DNA from: Thermoanaerobaculales bacterium
Lineage (GTDB): Bacteria > Acidobacteriota > Thermoanaerobaculia > Thermoanaerobaculales > Sulfomarinibacteraceae
NCBI GenBank assembly: GCA_035358815.1
Contig: DAOPQC010000009.1
Location: 2,405-66,404, forward strand
DNA length: 64,000 nt
Reading direction: 5' to 3'
Positions 19,993-29,370 of this stretch are shown here, in pieces (the first letter of the stretch is position 1; every line of letters begins with the position of its first letter). The translations under genes were made by a program, and so were the position numbers. The notes under the pieces were generated by a model that saw nothing but the letters and a program-made list of their open reading frames with translations, was not told the origin of the DNA and did no database searches.

Positions 19993-20241
19993 CCGCGCCC
20001 TCGGAGTGGGCGGCCGCTGCGGCAAGGACCCGTTGTGATGGCCATGGAGTCGGCTGATGACTGCTCTGGCACCAAGCAACGTCGAAAGCGTACAGCGTCA
20101 GGGACGCAGCCGACTTCCGGGTCGGCGGTACGTCTTGGGCGCTGTTCGACAGCGCCCATCCGACTGAAAGCGGGCAGGGCAGAGGCCGGCTGAGGAAACC
20201 GGCGTCACGAACGCGCTCAGGGCCCGAATCCCTGACCGCTC

Positions 20242-20760
20242 TCAGTCGGCTGGGTAGCGCTCGTCGTACAGCCGGATGATCGCGTCGGTGATGTTGAGCG
20301 AAGTCGCGAAGTAGGCGACCGGCTGGGCGGCGAGCAGGAAGATCACGTCGAAGTCGTTGGCCTCGGCGTACTCGGTGGCCAGCTTCCCGATCTTGGCGCC
20401 GATGTCGGCGACGATCTTGTCCTGCCTGGCGTTCAGCTCGCGGTTGAAGGCGCGGGCCTGGTCCTCCAGGCCGCGCTGCGCCTGCAGCAGCTCGCGCTCG
20501 AGCGCGGCGAGCGCCTCGGCGGAGGCGACGCTCTGCTGCGTGGCGAGCCGCTGCTTGAGCCCGTTGACCTGCGCCTGCAGCTGCTCGAGCTGGTCGCGGC
20601 GCGGCTTGGCCCAGCTCTCGAGGGCCTGTAGCTGGCTCCTGCCTTCCTGCACCGTCGTGGCCGCACGGTCTCCGTCGAGGAAGCCGATCTTGCCGGCCGT
20701 CGCGGGGACCGCTGCAAGGACCACGATCAGGACCACCGTCAATCGCGCTGCTGCTCGCAC
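20242..20760 (-). CDS. Periplasmic chaperone Skp/OmpH family
   Basis: GTG 20760 follows gggagg. Signal peptide ...AAVPATAG. Long coiled-coil Q/L/A/E-rich arms. Conserved C-terminal block DFDVIF. Confidence 0.7.
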   Translation of the reverse strand: MRAAARLTVVLIVVLAAVPATAGKIGFLDGDRAATTVQEGRSQLQALESWAKPRRDQLEQLQAQVNGLKQRLATQQSVASAEALAALERELLQAQRGLEDQARAFNRELNARQDKIVADIGAKIGKLATEYAEANDFDVIFLLAAQPVAYFATSLNITDAIIRLYDERYPAD

Positions 20761-20983
20761 GGCAACCTCCCAGAAACCCGCGGCAAATTGTAGCGTACGA
20801 GCCAAATGAGGCGCCAGAGCCGGCACCCGGGGAGGGCGGCCAGTGCTGTGGAACCGCCGCCACCGGCAGCCCTTCGGGAACGCCGATCGAGTGGCGCCGC
20901 GCCCGGGGGCTGGACGAAACGCCGTCGCGGATGCAGATTGTCTTTTGAAGACGGCGGTTGGCACGAGACCGAGGAGGTGGGCG

Positions 20984-21691
20984 ATGAAGAAGTTGGCGTT
21001 GATGCTCGCAGCGGCAGTCGCGGCGACGGGCCTCGTCCGCGCCCAGGGAGCGGCTCCCGACGTGGAGGTCACCGGCGCCGACGAGCTGGTCCAGAGGACG
21101 GGTGGGCTGGCATCGACCTGGGTGAGGCCGGATGCCGACATCAGCCGCTACGGCAAGCTCTACCTGTGGGAGCCGGAGTTCTCCTTCCGCGAGGGCGGCG
21201 AGACGACGGCCGGCACGACCGCCAAGCTCGTGCGAGGCGACTCCGGGCCCTACGCCATCCGGCCGGAGGACCAGGAGCGCTTCAAGCAGCTGGTCAGCGA
21301 GCAGTTCGTCGCCGAGCTGGCGCGCGGCAAGCTGTTCGAGGTAGTCAATGAGGTGGGGCCGGGCACCCTGATCGTGCGGGCCGGGTTCCTGGACATCACC
21401 TCCGACGTGCCGCCGAACGTCGAGCGCTACGGCAACGTCCACCTGGCGTCGGTCGGCGAGGCGACGATCGTCTTCGAGCTGATCGACGCCTCGACCGGGG
21501 TCATCCAGGCGCGCGCCGCCGAGCGCCAGGAGATCCAGCCGGAGTTCCGGAAGCGCGGAGTCAACGCCGCGCCGGCCAACTCGGCCACGGTGTGGAGCGA
21601 CGTCGAGCGCTGGGCCCGCGAGCAGGCGCAGGACCTCCGCAAGGCGCTCGAGAAGGCGAAGACGAAGGCGGAGAAGCAGGCGGAGCCATAA
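20984..21691 (+). CDS. Secreted hypothetical protein
   Basis: ATG 20984 follows gaggagg. Signal peptide MKKLALMLAAAVAATGLVRAQG. Balanced composition. Lys/Glu-rich C-terminal tail. Confidence 0.5.
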   Translation: MKKLALMLAAAVAATGLVRAQGAAPDVEVTGADELVQRTGGLASTWVRPDADISRYGKLYLWEPEFSFREGGETTAGTTAKLVRGDSGPYAIRPEDQERFKQLVSEQFVAELARGKLFEVVNEVGPGTLIVRAGFLDITSDVPPNVERYGNVHLASVGEATIVFELIDASTGVIQARAAERQEIQPEFRKRGVNAAPANSATVWSDVERWAREQAQDLRKALEKAKTKAEKQAEP

Positions 21692-21784
21692 GTTTGCGGC
21701 TCGCGCCCCCGGCGCACCGGCGACTTTCGGCAAGAAAAAGGCGGCCCCCGGAGGGGCCGCCCGTCTCAGCCTGCTGGCCGGTGA

Positions 21785-24769
21785 CTAGAAGTCGAAGTGG
21801 ATCGACGCGTGCAGCTGACGGCCGTACGCGTCGTAGAAGCCGTAGAAGCCCGTGCCGTAGTCGTTGTCCTGCATCTCGGTCGCGAACGGCGGCTCCTCGT
21901 CGAGGATGTTGTTGATGCCGAGCACCACCTGGTAGTGGTCGGCGAAGTCCCAGGTCCAGGCGAGGTCGAAGTAGTTGTAGGCGTCAAACTCGTAGACGTC
22001 GTTGATCTGCAGCCAGTCGTCCCCCAGGCTGTTCGAGTTGAGGTCGGGGTCGTCGCTGGTGTCGTCGTTCAAGACGCTCGAGATGTAGCGCCAGCCGAGC
22101 GTGAACACCATGTTGAAGTTGGTCTCCCACGAGATGCGCGCGGTGTGGCGCCACTCGGGGGTGGGGTACGGATCGCACTGCTCGCCGAAGTAGCCGACGC
22201 AGTCGAAGCCGATCAGGGGGTTGTCCAGCGAGTCGGTCAGCATCCAGGTGCCGATCAGCGAGGTGTTGAGGAAGCCGGAGTCGCCGATGCCGATCAGCCA
22301 GGCGTAGTTGAGGTCGACGCCCTCGCCCTCGAGCGTGCCGAGGTTCTGCTGGGTGGTGATGGTGTAGCCGTCGGTGAACAGCCACAGCGTGCCGGCGACG
22401 TCGCGGTGGATCAGGCTGCACAGGCCGGGGTCGCCGTTGGCGATGCACCCGGCGAGCACGCTGTCCGCATCGAAGCTCTGGATGACGTCGTCAATCTGGA
22501 TGTCCCAGTAGTCGACCGCGACCGACAGGCCCGACACCGACGGCGGTGTGATCACGATGCCGGCGGTGATGGTGTCCGCGGTCTCGGGGTCGAGGTTCGG
22601 GTTGCCGCCTTCCCAGGTGTTGTACTGCCCGGCCGGGTTCTCCGGCGAGCTGCCGTACTGGGCGGCGGTCATGCCGGTGAGCAGGCACTGCTCGAGGGTC
22701 GCTGCCGGGTCGGTACCCGCGCACGGGTCGCTGGCGCCATTGAGCCCGAGCCCCTGCGGCCGGTAGAGCTCCTGGACGTTCGGGGCGCGGGTCGCGCTGG
22801 CGATGCCGAGGCGGAGCTTGAAGAGGTCGACCGGCGCCCACGTCGCCTGCGCCTTCCAGGTGTCGGTCCCGCCGACCGAGCTGTAGTCGGAGAAGCGGTA
22901 GCCGAGCTCGAGGCTCAGGTCCTTGAAGCCGGGCGCGTCCTGGACGATCGGCACCAGGCCCTCGAAGTAGTACTCGGCCACGTCGTAGCTGCCGTCCACC
23001 CACACCGTCGGGCCGCCCTGGCCGGAGCCGTTGCCGGCCTCGTAGTTGTCGTCCGGATGGACGTAGAGCATCTCGTTGCGGTAGTCCGCGCCGAGCGCGA
23101 CCTGGATGCCCTCGGTGGCGGTCGGGAACTTGATCCCGTACTCGCCGAGGTCGCCGTTGAGCACGCCGTTGACCATCTCGGTCTTGGTCCCGGAGATCAG
23201 CTCCATGTTGAGCATGATGTAGTCGGCCGCCTCCTGGGTCACGCCGCCGATCTGGAACAGGTTCCAGGGCGCGCAGCCGTCGTTGCCGGAGCGGCACTCC
23301 CAGGTGCTCGGGTCGTCGGGGTCACCGATGACGTCGAGCGCGTCGGTCATCCGGGACACGCTGAGGTCGCCGACGTACATCTGCGGGCTCAGCATCTGGG
23401 CGTACATGGCGTAGACGTCGTAGCTCCAGGCGTCGCTGAGGTCGCCGCGCAGGCCGGCGAGGAAGCGCCACGTGGTGTGGCGCATCTGGCTGGTGCGGGG
23501 CCCGGTCTCGACGCTGCGGCGCCCGATCACCAGGTTCGCGTACTCGTCGGGCTCGAAGCCGTTCTGGGTGCAGATGATGTCGCGCTGCTGCGGCGACATC
23601 ATCGGGTTGTCGCAGTTGATCTGCTGCGTGTTGTTGAAGTTGCCCGAAGGCGCGATCTGGGCGTCGGTGTAGTCGTCCATGAACATCACTTCGGCGTAGA
23701 CGTCGAAGTACTGGTTGAACTCGTAGTTCATGAACGCGCCCGCGGACCACTTCTCGTCCGGCCGCTGCATGAAGTTGTCGGGGGCGTAGTTGTAGACGTC
23801 CCCGGCGCGCGGCCGGAAGGTGTTGCCGGTCGCCTCGTCGAGCACGTAGTCGCCGACCTTGATCCAGTCGCGGTTGAAGACCTGGAAGCGGCCGGTCGGA
23901 ATGGTGCCCGAGCCGCTGCAGGACGGGCCGTCCTCGTTCTGGGCGGTGGCGCAGTTGGTGTAGTCGCGGGCGTCCTTCTTCAGGGCGTCGATGTTGCGGT
24001 AGTCGACGTAGATCGAGGCGTGGCCGCGGCCCTCCCCGAACTTGTGGCCGAGGGCGAGGTTGAAGTTGTACTGCTCGCCGTCGACGCCGCTGCCGGTCGG
24101 GTAGGGGAAGCCGGCGTCCTCGTTGATCCGCGCCGCCAGGCCGTTGTTGTTGTCGTGCTGGTAGCCGTTCCAGGCGAACGTCCCCCGCATGCCCTCGAAG
24201 TCCTCGTCGAGCACGAAGTTGACGACGCCGGTGACGGCGTCCGCGCCGTACACCGACGAGGCGCCGCCGGTCAGCACGTCGACCCGCTTGACCAGCACCG
24301 CCGGGATGAAGTTGAGGTCGGTGGAGGTGCTCCACGCATCACCCGGGGCGGTGCGGCGGCCGTTGATCAGCACCAGGGTGCGGTCCGCGCCCATGTTGCG
24401 CAGGTCGACGGTCGCGGTGCCCGAAGCGCCGTTGGAGATGGTCGAGTTCTGCCCCGAGAAGACCTGCGGCAGCTGCCGGACCACGTCCTCCAGGCGCAGC
24501 GCGCCGGTGTAGGTGATCTCCGTCGGGTCCATCACCGAGACCGGGCTCATGGACTCCAGGGTCGGCCGGGGAATCAGCGATCCGGTGACCGTGATCTCCT
24601 CCTCGAACGACCTCTCCTCGGCCTGCGCGATCGCCTCCTGCTGCTCGGGCGTGAGCTCCGGCTCGGCCTCCTGGGCCAGGGCCGGGGCGCCGTACATGAT
24701 GATCCCTGCGAGGGCGACAAGCATGCCGCCCAACAGGACGATTCGACGCCAGCTCATTGCGTTCGACAT
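21785..24769 (-). CDS. TonB-dependent outer-membrane receptor
   Basis: ATG 24769 follows aaggaggaggaagggg. Signal peptide, plug motifs (ITVTGS, DLRNMGADRTLVLINGRR), and a long beta-barrel ending in the terminal-F motif ...HASIHFDF. Confidence 0.9.
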   Translation of the reverse strand: MSNAMSWRRIVLLGGMLVALAGIIMYGAPALAQEAEPELTPEQQEAIAQAEERSFEEEITVTGSLIPRPTLESMSPVSVMDPTEITYTGALRLEDVVRQLPQVFSGQNSTISNGASGTATVDLRNMGADRTLVLINGRRTAPGDAWSTSTDLNFIPAVLVKRVDVLTGGASSVYGADAVTGVVNFVLDEDFEGMRGTFAWNGYQHDNNNGLAARINEDAGFPYPTGSGVDGEQYNFNLALGHKFGEGRGHASIYVDYRNIDALKKDARDYTNCATAQNEDGPSCSGSGTIPTGRFQVFNRDWIKVGDYVLDEATGNTFRPRAGDVYNYAPDNFMQRPDEKWSAGAFMNYEFNQYFDVYAEVMFMDDYTDAQIAPSGNFNNTQQINCDNPMMSPQQRDIICTQNGFEPDEYANLVIGRRSVETGPRTSQMRHTTWRFLAGLRGDLSDAWSYDVYAMYAQMLSPQMYVGDLSVSRMTDALDVIGDPDDPSTWECRSGNDGCAPWNLFQIGGVTQEAADYIMLNMELISGTKTEMVNGVLNGDLGEYGIKFPTATEGIQVALGADYRNEMLYVHPDDNYEAGNGSGQGGPTVWVDGSYDVAEYYFEGLVPIVQDAPGFKDLSLELGYRFSDYSSVGGTDTWKAQATWAPVDLFKLRLGIASATRAPNVQELYRPQGLGLNGASDPCAGTDPAATLEQCLLTGMTAAQYGSSPENPAGQYNTWEGGNPNLDPETADTITAGIVITPPSVSGLSVAVDYWDIQIDDVIQSFDADSVLAGCIANGDPGLCSLIHRDVAGTLWLFTDGYTITTQQNLGTLEGEGVDLNYAWLIGIGDSGFLNTSLIGTWMLTDSLDNPLIGFDCVGYFGEQCDPYPTPEWRHTARISWETNFNMVFTLGWRYISSVLNDDTSDDPDLNSNSLGDDWLQINDVYEFDAYNYFDLAWTWDFADHYQVVLGINNILDEEPPFATEMQDNDYGTGFYGFYDAYGRQLHASIHFDF

Positions 24770-25482
24770 TTCCCCTTCCTCCTCCTTGTGGTGTTCCCAC
24801 TTCCTCGAACCGGACCGTTCTTTCAGTGAGTCTGATGACACCTCCATCGTGGTCTGCGGCCTCCGAGTTGGTCGACGAAACTGCGACAACGTTGCATTTG
24901 AACTCTCGGAATTGACTGGGTGAAGGCTAGCATCATCGAGTGCCGGCGACAAGCGCCCGCCGCCGGAGACGGCGGCGGCGCGTCGTACTCCGGGGTGCGC
25001 GGGGATTCCGGATGCGGGCTCAAGCTGGCGTTCCGAGTTCAACTGGTGTGACGCAAGATCCGTTCCAGATTGTCGAGGGGGCCGGTTCCGCGGGTGGACG
25101 GGACCGGGAGGCTGCGCGCCCGACCGCCGGCGGCCCGCGACCCTGCGAGCCAAGGCACTGATAAGCCATGTGTTCAAGGGCCGCGCTGCTGACGACTGGG
25201 ACCGCTCATCCCGGCGGCGCGCCCGGGGCGCCACCGGGCGGCGCCTCCCTCACCCGAGAGGGACGCGTTCAAGATTCCGCACATCTTATCCGGCTTCTCG
25301 TAGTCAGGAGTGAAATGCAGTCGCGGAACACCCCACCGCATCGGGACTTCTCAGCTTCGGGCCGGTGCGTCCGGTGGACCACGGAGGCCCGCGGCCTTCC
25401 GGCATCCGTGGGATCCGTGCTGCGCGCAGTCGGCCGCCTCCCCGACGGGCTCCCGGCGCTCGGAGGGCGAACGGCGCCCCGG

Positions 25483-26748
25483 TCAGGGCTTGCTCAGGTA
25501 GTCGAGCAGGTCGCGGGCGGTGGCGGCCTCCGGGCTGCCCGGCGCCAGCGCGAGGAAGCGCTCGAGGTGCGCCATCGCCTCCTCGTTGGCGCCGTCGTTG
25601 ACCGCGATCATGGCCAGCGCGTAGTGGGTCTCCGACTGGTTCGGGTCGACCTCGAGCACCTTGCCGAACAGCTCCTTGGCGCGGACCATGTCGTTGGCGT
25701 CGTAGGCCCCGAAGGCGAGGCGCAGCAGGGTGTCGCGCGCGACGGCGGGCTCGACGACCGCCAGGCCCATCGCCGCCGGCACGAGCACGGCCGGATCGCC
25801 GAGGCCGAGCGCCGCGTTGTAGCGCGCCCGGATCGCCTGCTCGTCGTTTGGATCGTCGTCGAGGATTGCCTCGGCGGCGTCCAGAGCCTCCTGGTAGCGC
25901 TGGAGGTGGAGCCCCTGGGCGGCCACGCCGAGCAGGGCCTCCTCGAGCTGCGGGTCGATGGCGATGGCTTCGTTGAACCTGGCGAAGGCGCCCTCGTGGT
26001 CGCCGGCCTTGGCGAGGGCTACCCCCTCGTTGTACACCTTCCTGGCCTCGGCCGTCGCCCGCCCGGACCGCTCGAGGTCGGCCAGTGCGGCCGCGGTCTT
26101 GGCGTCGTCCCCGAGCTTGCGGTAGGCCTCCCAGCGGCAGCGCAGGGTGGTCTCGTCGGTGGCGCCGAGGGCCATCGCCTTCTCGGCGGCGTCGACCGCC
26201 TCCTGGTAGTGCTCCTGGCCGAGCTCGGCCACGCTCAGGCCGGTCCACGCCGGCCGCAGCTGCGGGTCGTGGGCCGTGGCCTCCTCGAAGGAGGCCTTGG
26301 CTGCCGGGTAGTCCTTGGCGTTGAGGGAGATGACCGCGGCGTTGTAGGCGACGATCGCCGGCTCCGAGCTCGAGGTCGGGACCAGGTCACTGACGGCCAC
26401 CGCCGCTCCACCGGGCTGCATCACGAAGTCGTGGCGGGCCGTGCCCTCCAGGCTCCAGTTCTGCTCGGCGGTGAAGGTCTGGTATCCGGTCTTGTCGAAC
26501 CTGTACTTGTAGGTCACGTTGACGATGTCGAAGTCGAGGATGAAGGTGCCTTTCTTGTCGGTGGTCCTGACCTCGTTGAACGACGAGACCTGGTCCGACG
26601 TGGCGGTGACGGTCACGCCTTCGATCGGGGCCCCCTCCGGGTCGACGACCCGGCCGACGAGCCTGCCCCTCCTCCCGGCGGAGACGAGGCCTGGCACCGC
26701 CACCAGCAGGACCAGGAGCCACAGGATCGCGCGCTGCTTGCTCGACAT
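25483..26748 (-). CDS. CarboxypepD_reg-like domain protein with C-terminal TPR repeats
   Basis: Signal peptide. GRLVGRVVDPEGAPIEGVTVTA...KKGTF (carboxypeptidase-regulatory beta-sandwich). At least 6 TPR-like helical repeats follow. Confidence 0.7.
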   Translation of the reverse strand: MSSKQRAILWLLVLLVAVPGLVSAGRRGRLVGRVVDPEGAPIEGVTVTATSDQVSSFNEVRTTDKKGTFILDFDIVNVTYKYRFDKTGYQTFTAEQNWSLEGTARHDFVMQPGGAAVAVSDLVPTSSSEPAIVAYNAAVISLNAKDYPAAKASFEEATAHDPQLRPAWTGLSVAELGQEHYQEAVDAAEKAMALGATDETTLRCRWEAYRKLGDDAKTAAALADLERSGRATAEARKVYNEGVALAKAGDHEGAFARFNEAIAIDPQLEEALLGVAAQGLHLQRYQEALDAAEAILDDDPNDEQAIRARYNAALGLGDPAVLVPAAMGLAVVEPAVARDTLLRLAFGAYDANDMVRAKELFGKVLEVDPNQSETHYALAMIAVNDGANEEAMAHLERFLALAPGSPEAATARDLLDYLSKP

Positions 26749-26926
26749 CGGGCTGCCTCCCTTGGGTCCCGAGCCGCGCCGCTGCCCCGCATCTGCCGGG
26801 CCACGCAGGCCCGCGCGGCAGCTTCATGCAGGCCGCGGCCGGACATCCGTTGCGCCCGCAAGTATAACGCTGGAGCGGGAAACCGGTTCGCGAACCGGAG
26901 CCCGCGGGCGCGGCGGGCGAGGGTGG

Positions 26927-28075
26927 CTACTCGTGAGGAAGAGGCGGCGCGTCGCTCGCGCCGGTCCACCGGCGCCTGGGGCTGCCGGCGGCGGCCGCCG
27001 CCTGCGCCTTGGCCTGCCAGCGCGCGGCGGCGCGCTCGTTGCCCTTGGCGAGGTAGCAGCGCGCCATCAGCTCGTAGAACCTGTCCTCGTTCCGCTTCCT
27101 GCGGACGGCGAACGTGAGGTGGCTGATCGCTGCGTCCCAGTCGCCGGCCGAGAACGCCTCGCGGGCGCGCTGGTAGCGGTAGTACGGGTTCTGCATGCGG
27201 TGGTCGATCACCCGCTTCCGATAGGCGGCGGCGAGCTTCGGCTCCCCCTGCCGTTCGTAGAGGCCGGCCAGGTTGCTCATCGCGACGACCTCGTCGCGGT
27301 CCGCCTTCAAGGCCTGCAGGTAGGCGGCCTCGGCGTGCTCTGAGCGCCCGTGCCGCATGTAGAGCGTGCCGAGGTTGGTCCAGGCCGGGGCGAAGCCGCG
27401 GTCGTTGTCGGCGATCGCCTTGCGGAAGCAGGCGACGGCAGCCGCCGCGTCCCCCTCCTGCATGCTCTCGACCCCCATGTTGTTGAAGTAGTGGGCCCGC
27501 GCCCGGGTGTCCGGAATCTCGCGCGTGGTGTAGCTCGCCCGGAAGTCGTCGATGTTGAAGTCCACGACGTGGACGCCGAGTCCTCCCAGGTTGACGCGCA
27601 CGTTGACGTGCCGGTTGAGGATGAAGACGTCCCGGTCGAGCGTCCAGTCCGGCGGCAGGTCGACCTCCTGGAAGGACGCGGTGAGGCCGACCTCCCGCGC
27701 CATGGCGATGAACAGGTTGGAGAACGACAGGCAGTTGCCGGTCTGCAGCCGGAAGGCCTCGGCGGCGGTCCGCGTCCGGTCGTTGAAGGTCAGGGAGAAG
27801 CTGTCCTTGGTGATCAGCGCTTCGATCAGCTCGTGCAGCTTGACCTGGTCGGCCGCCTTGCGGTGCACGTGCTGGTCCAGGAAGGCCAGCATCTCGGGGC
27901 TGACGGCCAGGACCTCGGCGTCGCTGATCGGCGCCGACAGCGCGGGCGATGCGCCGAGAGCGGTCCCGGACAGGAGCTCTTCGGGCGAGATGCCGGTGGC
28001 GGCCAGGCTCTCGTGGGCACTCCAGCAGCAGAGTGCGAGGGCCACGATACCGGCGAGGGAGGTGCGGTTCCACAT
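26927..28075 (-). CDS. Transglutaminase-like cysteine peptidase domain protein with TPR repeats
   Basis: Signal peptide. Core Cys context TGNCLSFSNLFIAMAREVG followed by a His/Asp-bearing block (LNRHVNV...VDFN). C-terminal TPR repeats. Confidence 0.7.
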   Translation of the reverse strand: MWNRTSLAGIVALALCCWSAHESLAATGISPEELLSGTALGASPALSAPISDAEVLAVSPEMLAFLDQHVHRKAADQVKLHELIEALITKDSFSLTFNDRTRTAAEAFRLQTGNCLSFSNLFIAMAREVGLTASFQEVDLPPDWTLDRDVFILNRHVNVRVNLGGLGVHVVDFNIDDFRASYTTREIPDTRARAHYFNNMGVESMQEGDAAAAVACFRKAIADNDRGFAPAWTNLGTLYMRHGRSEHAEAAYLQALKADRDEVVAMSNLAGLYERQGEPKLAAAYRKRVIDHRMQNPYYRYQRAREAFSAGDWDAAISHLTFAVRRKRNEDRFYELMARCYLAKGNERAAARWQAKAQAAAAAGSPRRRWTGASDAPPLPHE

Positions 28076-28192
28076 CGTCAGAAGGCCAGTGTTCCCTCCA
28101 AAAGGATCTCACGTCCTCGCGGCTGGCCCCCTGTTGCGGCGGCGGGCCAACGGCATGGTGACCGGCCCGGCAGGCAAGCCGAGCGCGCGGCC

Positions 28193-29020
28193 TCAGTCAG
28201 GTACGTGGGAGACGACGAACGGTTCGTCCCCCTTCATGAAGCTCACCGCCAGCACGGTCATCTGCTCGTCCAGGATCAGGACCTTGGTGGAGAGCTCGCG
28301 GCCGGGAATCGAGACCACGATCCGGTGCTCGCCGGCGGGGACGTGTGAGATGTTCAGGTTCATGGTGGTCTTCTCGCTGGTCTTGCCCAGGAACTTGACG
28401 GTGCAGCGTGAGGGCTTCGAGGTTAACCGCAGCGAGCCCCAGCCCGGGTTGGCGGCCACGATCCTCGCGGTCTTGAGGTTGCCGTGGACCGCGACCGTGG
28501 CCTGGGGCTGGACCGTCACCACCTCGGTCACGGTCTCGTAGCCGGGCTTGGCGAAGCGGACCGTGTGCTCGCCGGCGGCGACCCCGCCGATGGTCAGCTG
28601 CGGGGAGGTCTTGGTGTGGGGCACGCCGTTGACCTCGACGACGCAGTTCTGCGGGGCGGAGGTGACGATCAGGGTGCCGACCGCCTGCGGTGCCTCGGGG
28701 CTCTCGGTCTCGCCGGGGGCGGCGGGCGCGGGCACCGGCACGAACTCGCCGACCGTGACCTCGATCGGGACCTGCCCGACCAGGACCTCGAAGCTCTGCG
28801 GCGCAAAGCCGTCCTTCTCCACCCGCACGGTGTGGAGGCCGCGGGCGACGTCCATCAGGTAGGCGCCGTCGTCCAGCCGGCTCGAGATCCCGGCGAGCTC
28901 GCCGTCGAGGTAGACCCGGAGGCCGGGCTCGCACAGCACCTGGATGTCGCCCGCCACGGCCACCGTGGCTGCCGCCGCGCAGATCATGACGATCAGAGCG
29001 AGCAATCCCCAAGGTCGCAT
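28193..29020 (-). CDS. PEGA-domain protein (three PEGA-like beta-sandwich repeats)
   Basis: Signal peptide MRPWGLLALIVMICAAA. Repeated pattern ...V.VDG...G.TP..L..L..G.H.V...K.GY/F... (for example HTVRVEKDGFAPQSF and HTVRFAKPGYETV). Confidence 0.7.
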   Translation of the reverse strand: MRPWGLLALIVMICAAAATVAVAGDIQVLCEPGLRVYLDGELAGISSRLDDGAYLMDVARGLHTVRVEKDGFAPQSFEVLVGQVPIEVTVGEFVPVPAPAAPGETESPEAPQAVGTLIVTSAPQNCVVEVNGVPHTKTSPQLTIGGVAAGEHTVRFAKPGYETVTEVVTVQPQATVAVHGNLKTARIVAANPGWGSLRLTSKPSRCTVKFLGKTSEKTTMNLNISHVPAGEHRIVVSIPGRELSTKVLILDEQMTVLAVSFMKGDEPFVVSHVPD

Positions 29021-29069
29021 GGGTCCTCCCAAAAGGCGTGGCGCCCCTCAGTGTAGCGCGGCGGCCCCC

Positions 29070-29278
29070 TCGCCCGCACCCGCGTCCGCGCCCGCTTCCG
29101 CGCCCCCGCCGTTGGGATGTCTCTCGTTCCCGTTCCCGTCCCCGTTCCCGTACCCGATGGCCGTTCGGGGTGGATTGAGTTCGTACGTGAAATTTGGAGA
29201 TTGCTGCGACGTCTGGGCGGCGTGCGGCGATCCGGGAACGGGATCGGGGTGGGGCCCTGGACCCTGACCCCGATCCCC
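29070..29278. repeat. Mosaic intergenic repeat locus A (beta C-array, 34-nt alpha module, unique core, G-arm, 11-bp hairpin)
   Basis: CCCGCN-type array at 29070-29110. Alpha module cgttcccgttcccgtccccgttcccgtacccgat at 29125-29158. Inverted partner atccgggaacgggatcggggtgggg at 29230-29254. Perfect hairpin gggatcggggt (29240-29250) / accccgatccc (29267-29277). Confidence 0.85.
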
Positions 29279-29370
29279 CAACTCCTGGTCAGGCGAATGC
29301 GCTGCAGCGACCCGGAAGCCGGAGGGCGACTGACCTCTGAGGATCGTAGACCGCACCGGGAGGGGGCGCG

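Noticed and set aside
24770-25300. Cobalamin (or another) riboswitch in the long leader of the TonB-dependent receptor.
   Set aside because: I could not find the B12-box or the conserved GGGAA/GGTG...CC core on the minus strand. Only generic GC-rich hairpins are present. This needs an Infernal scan before any call.
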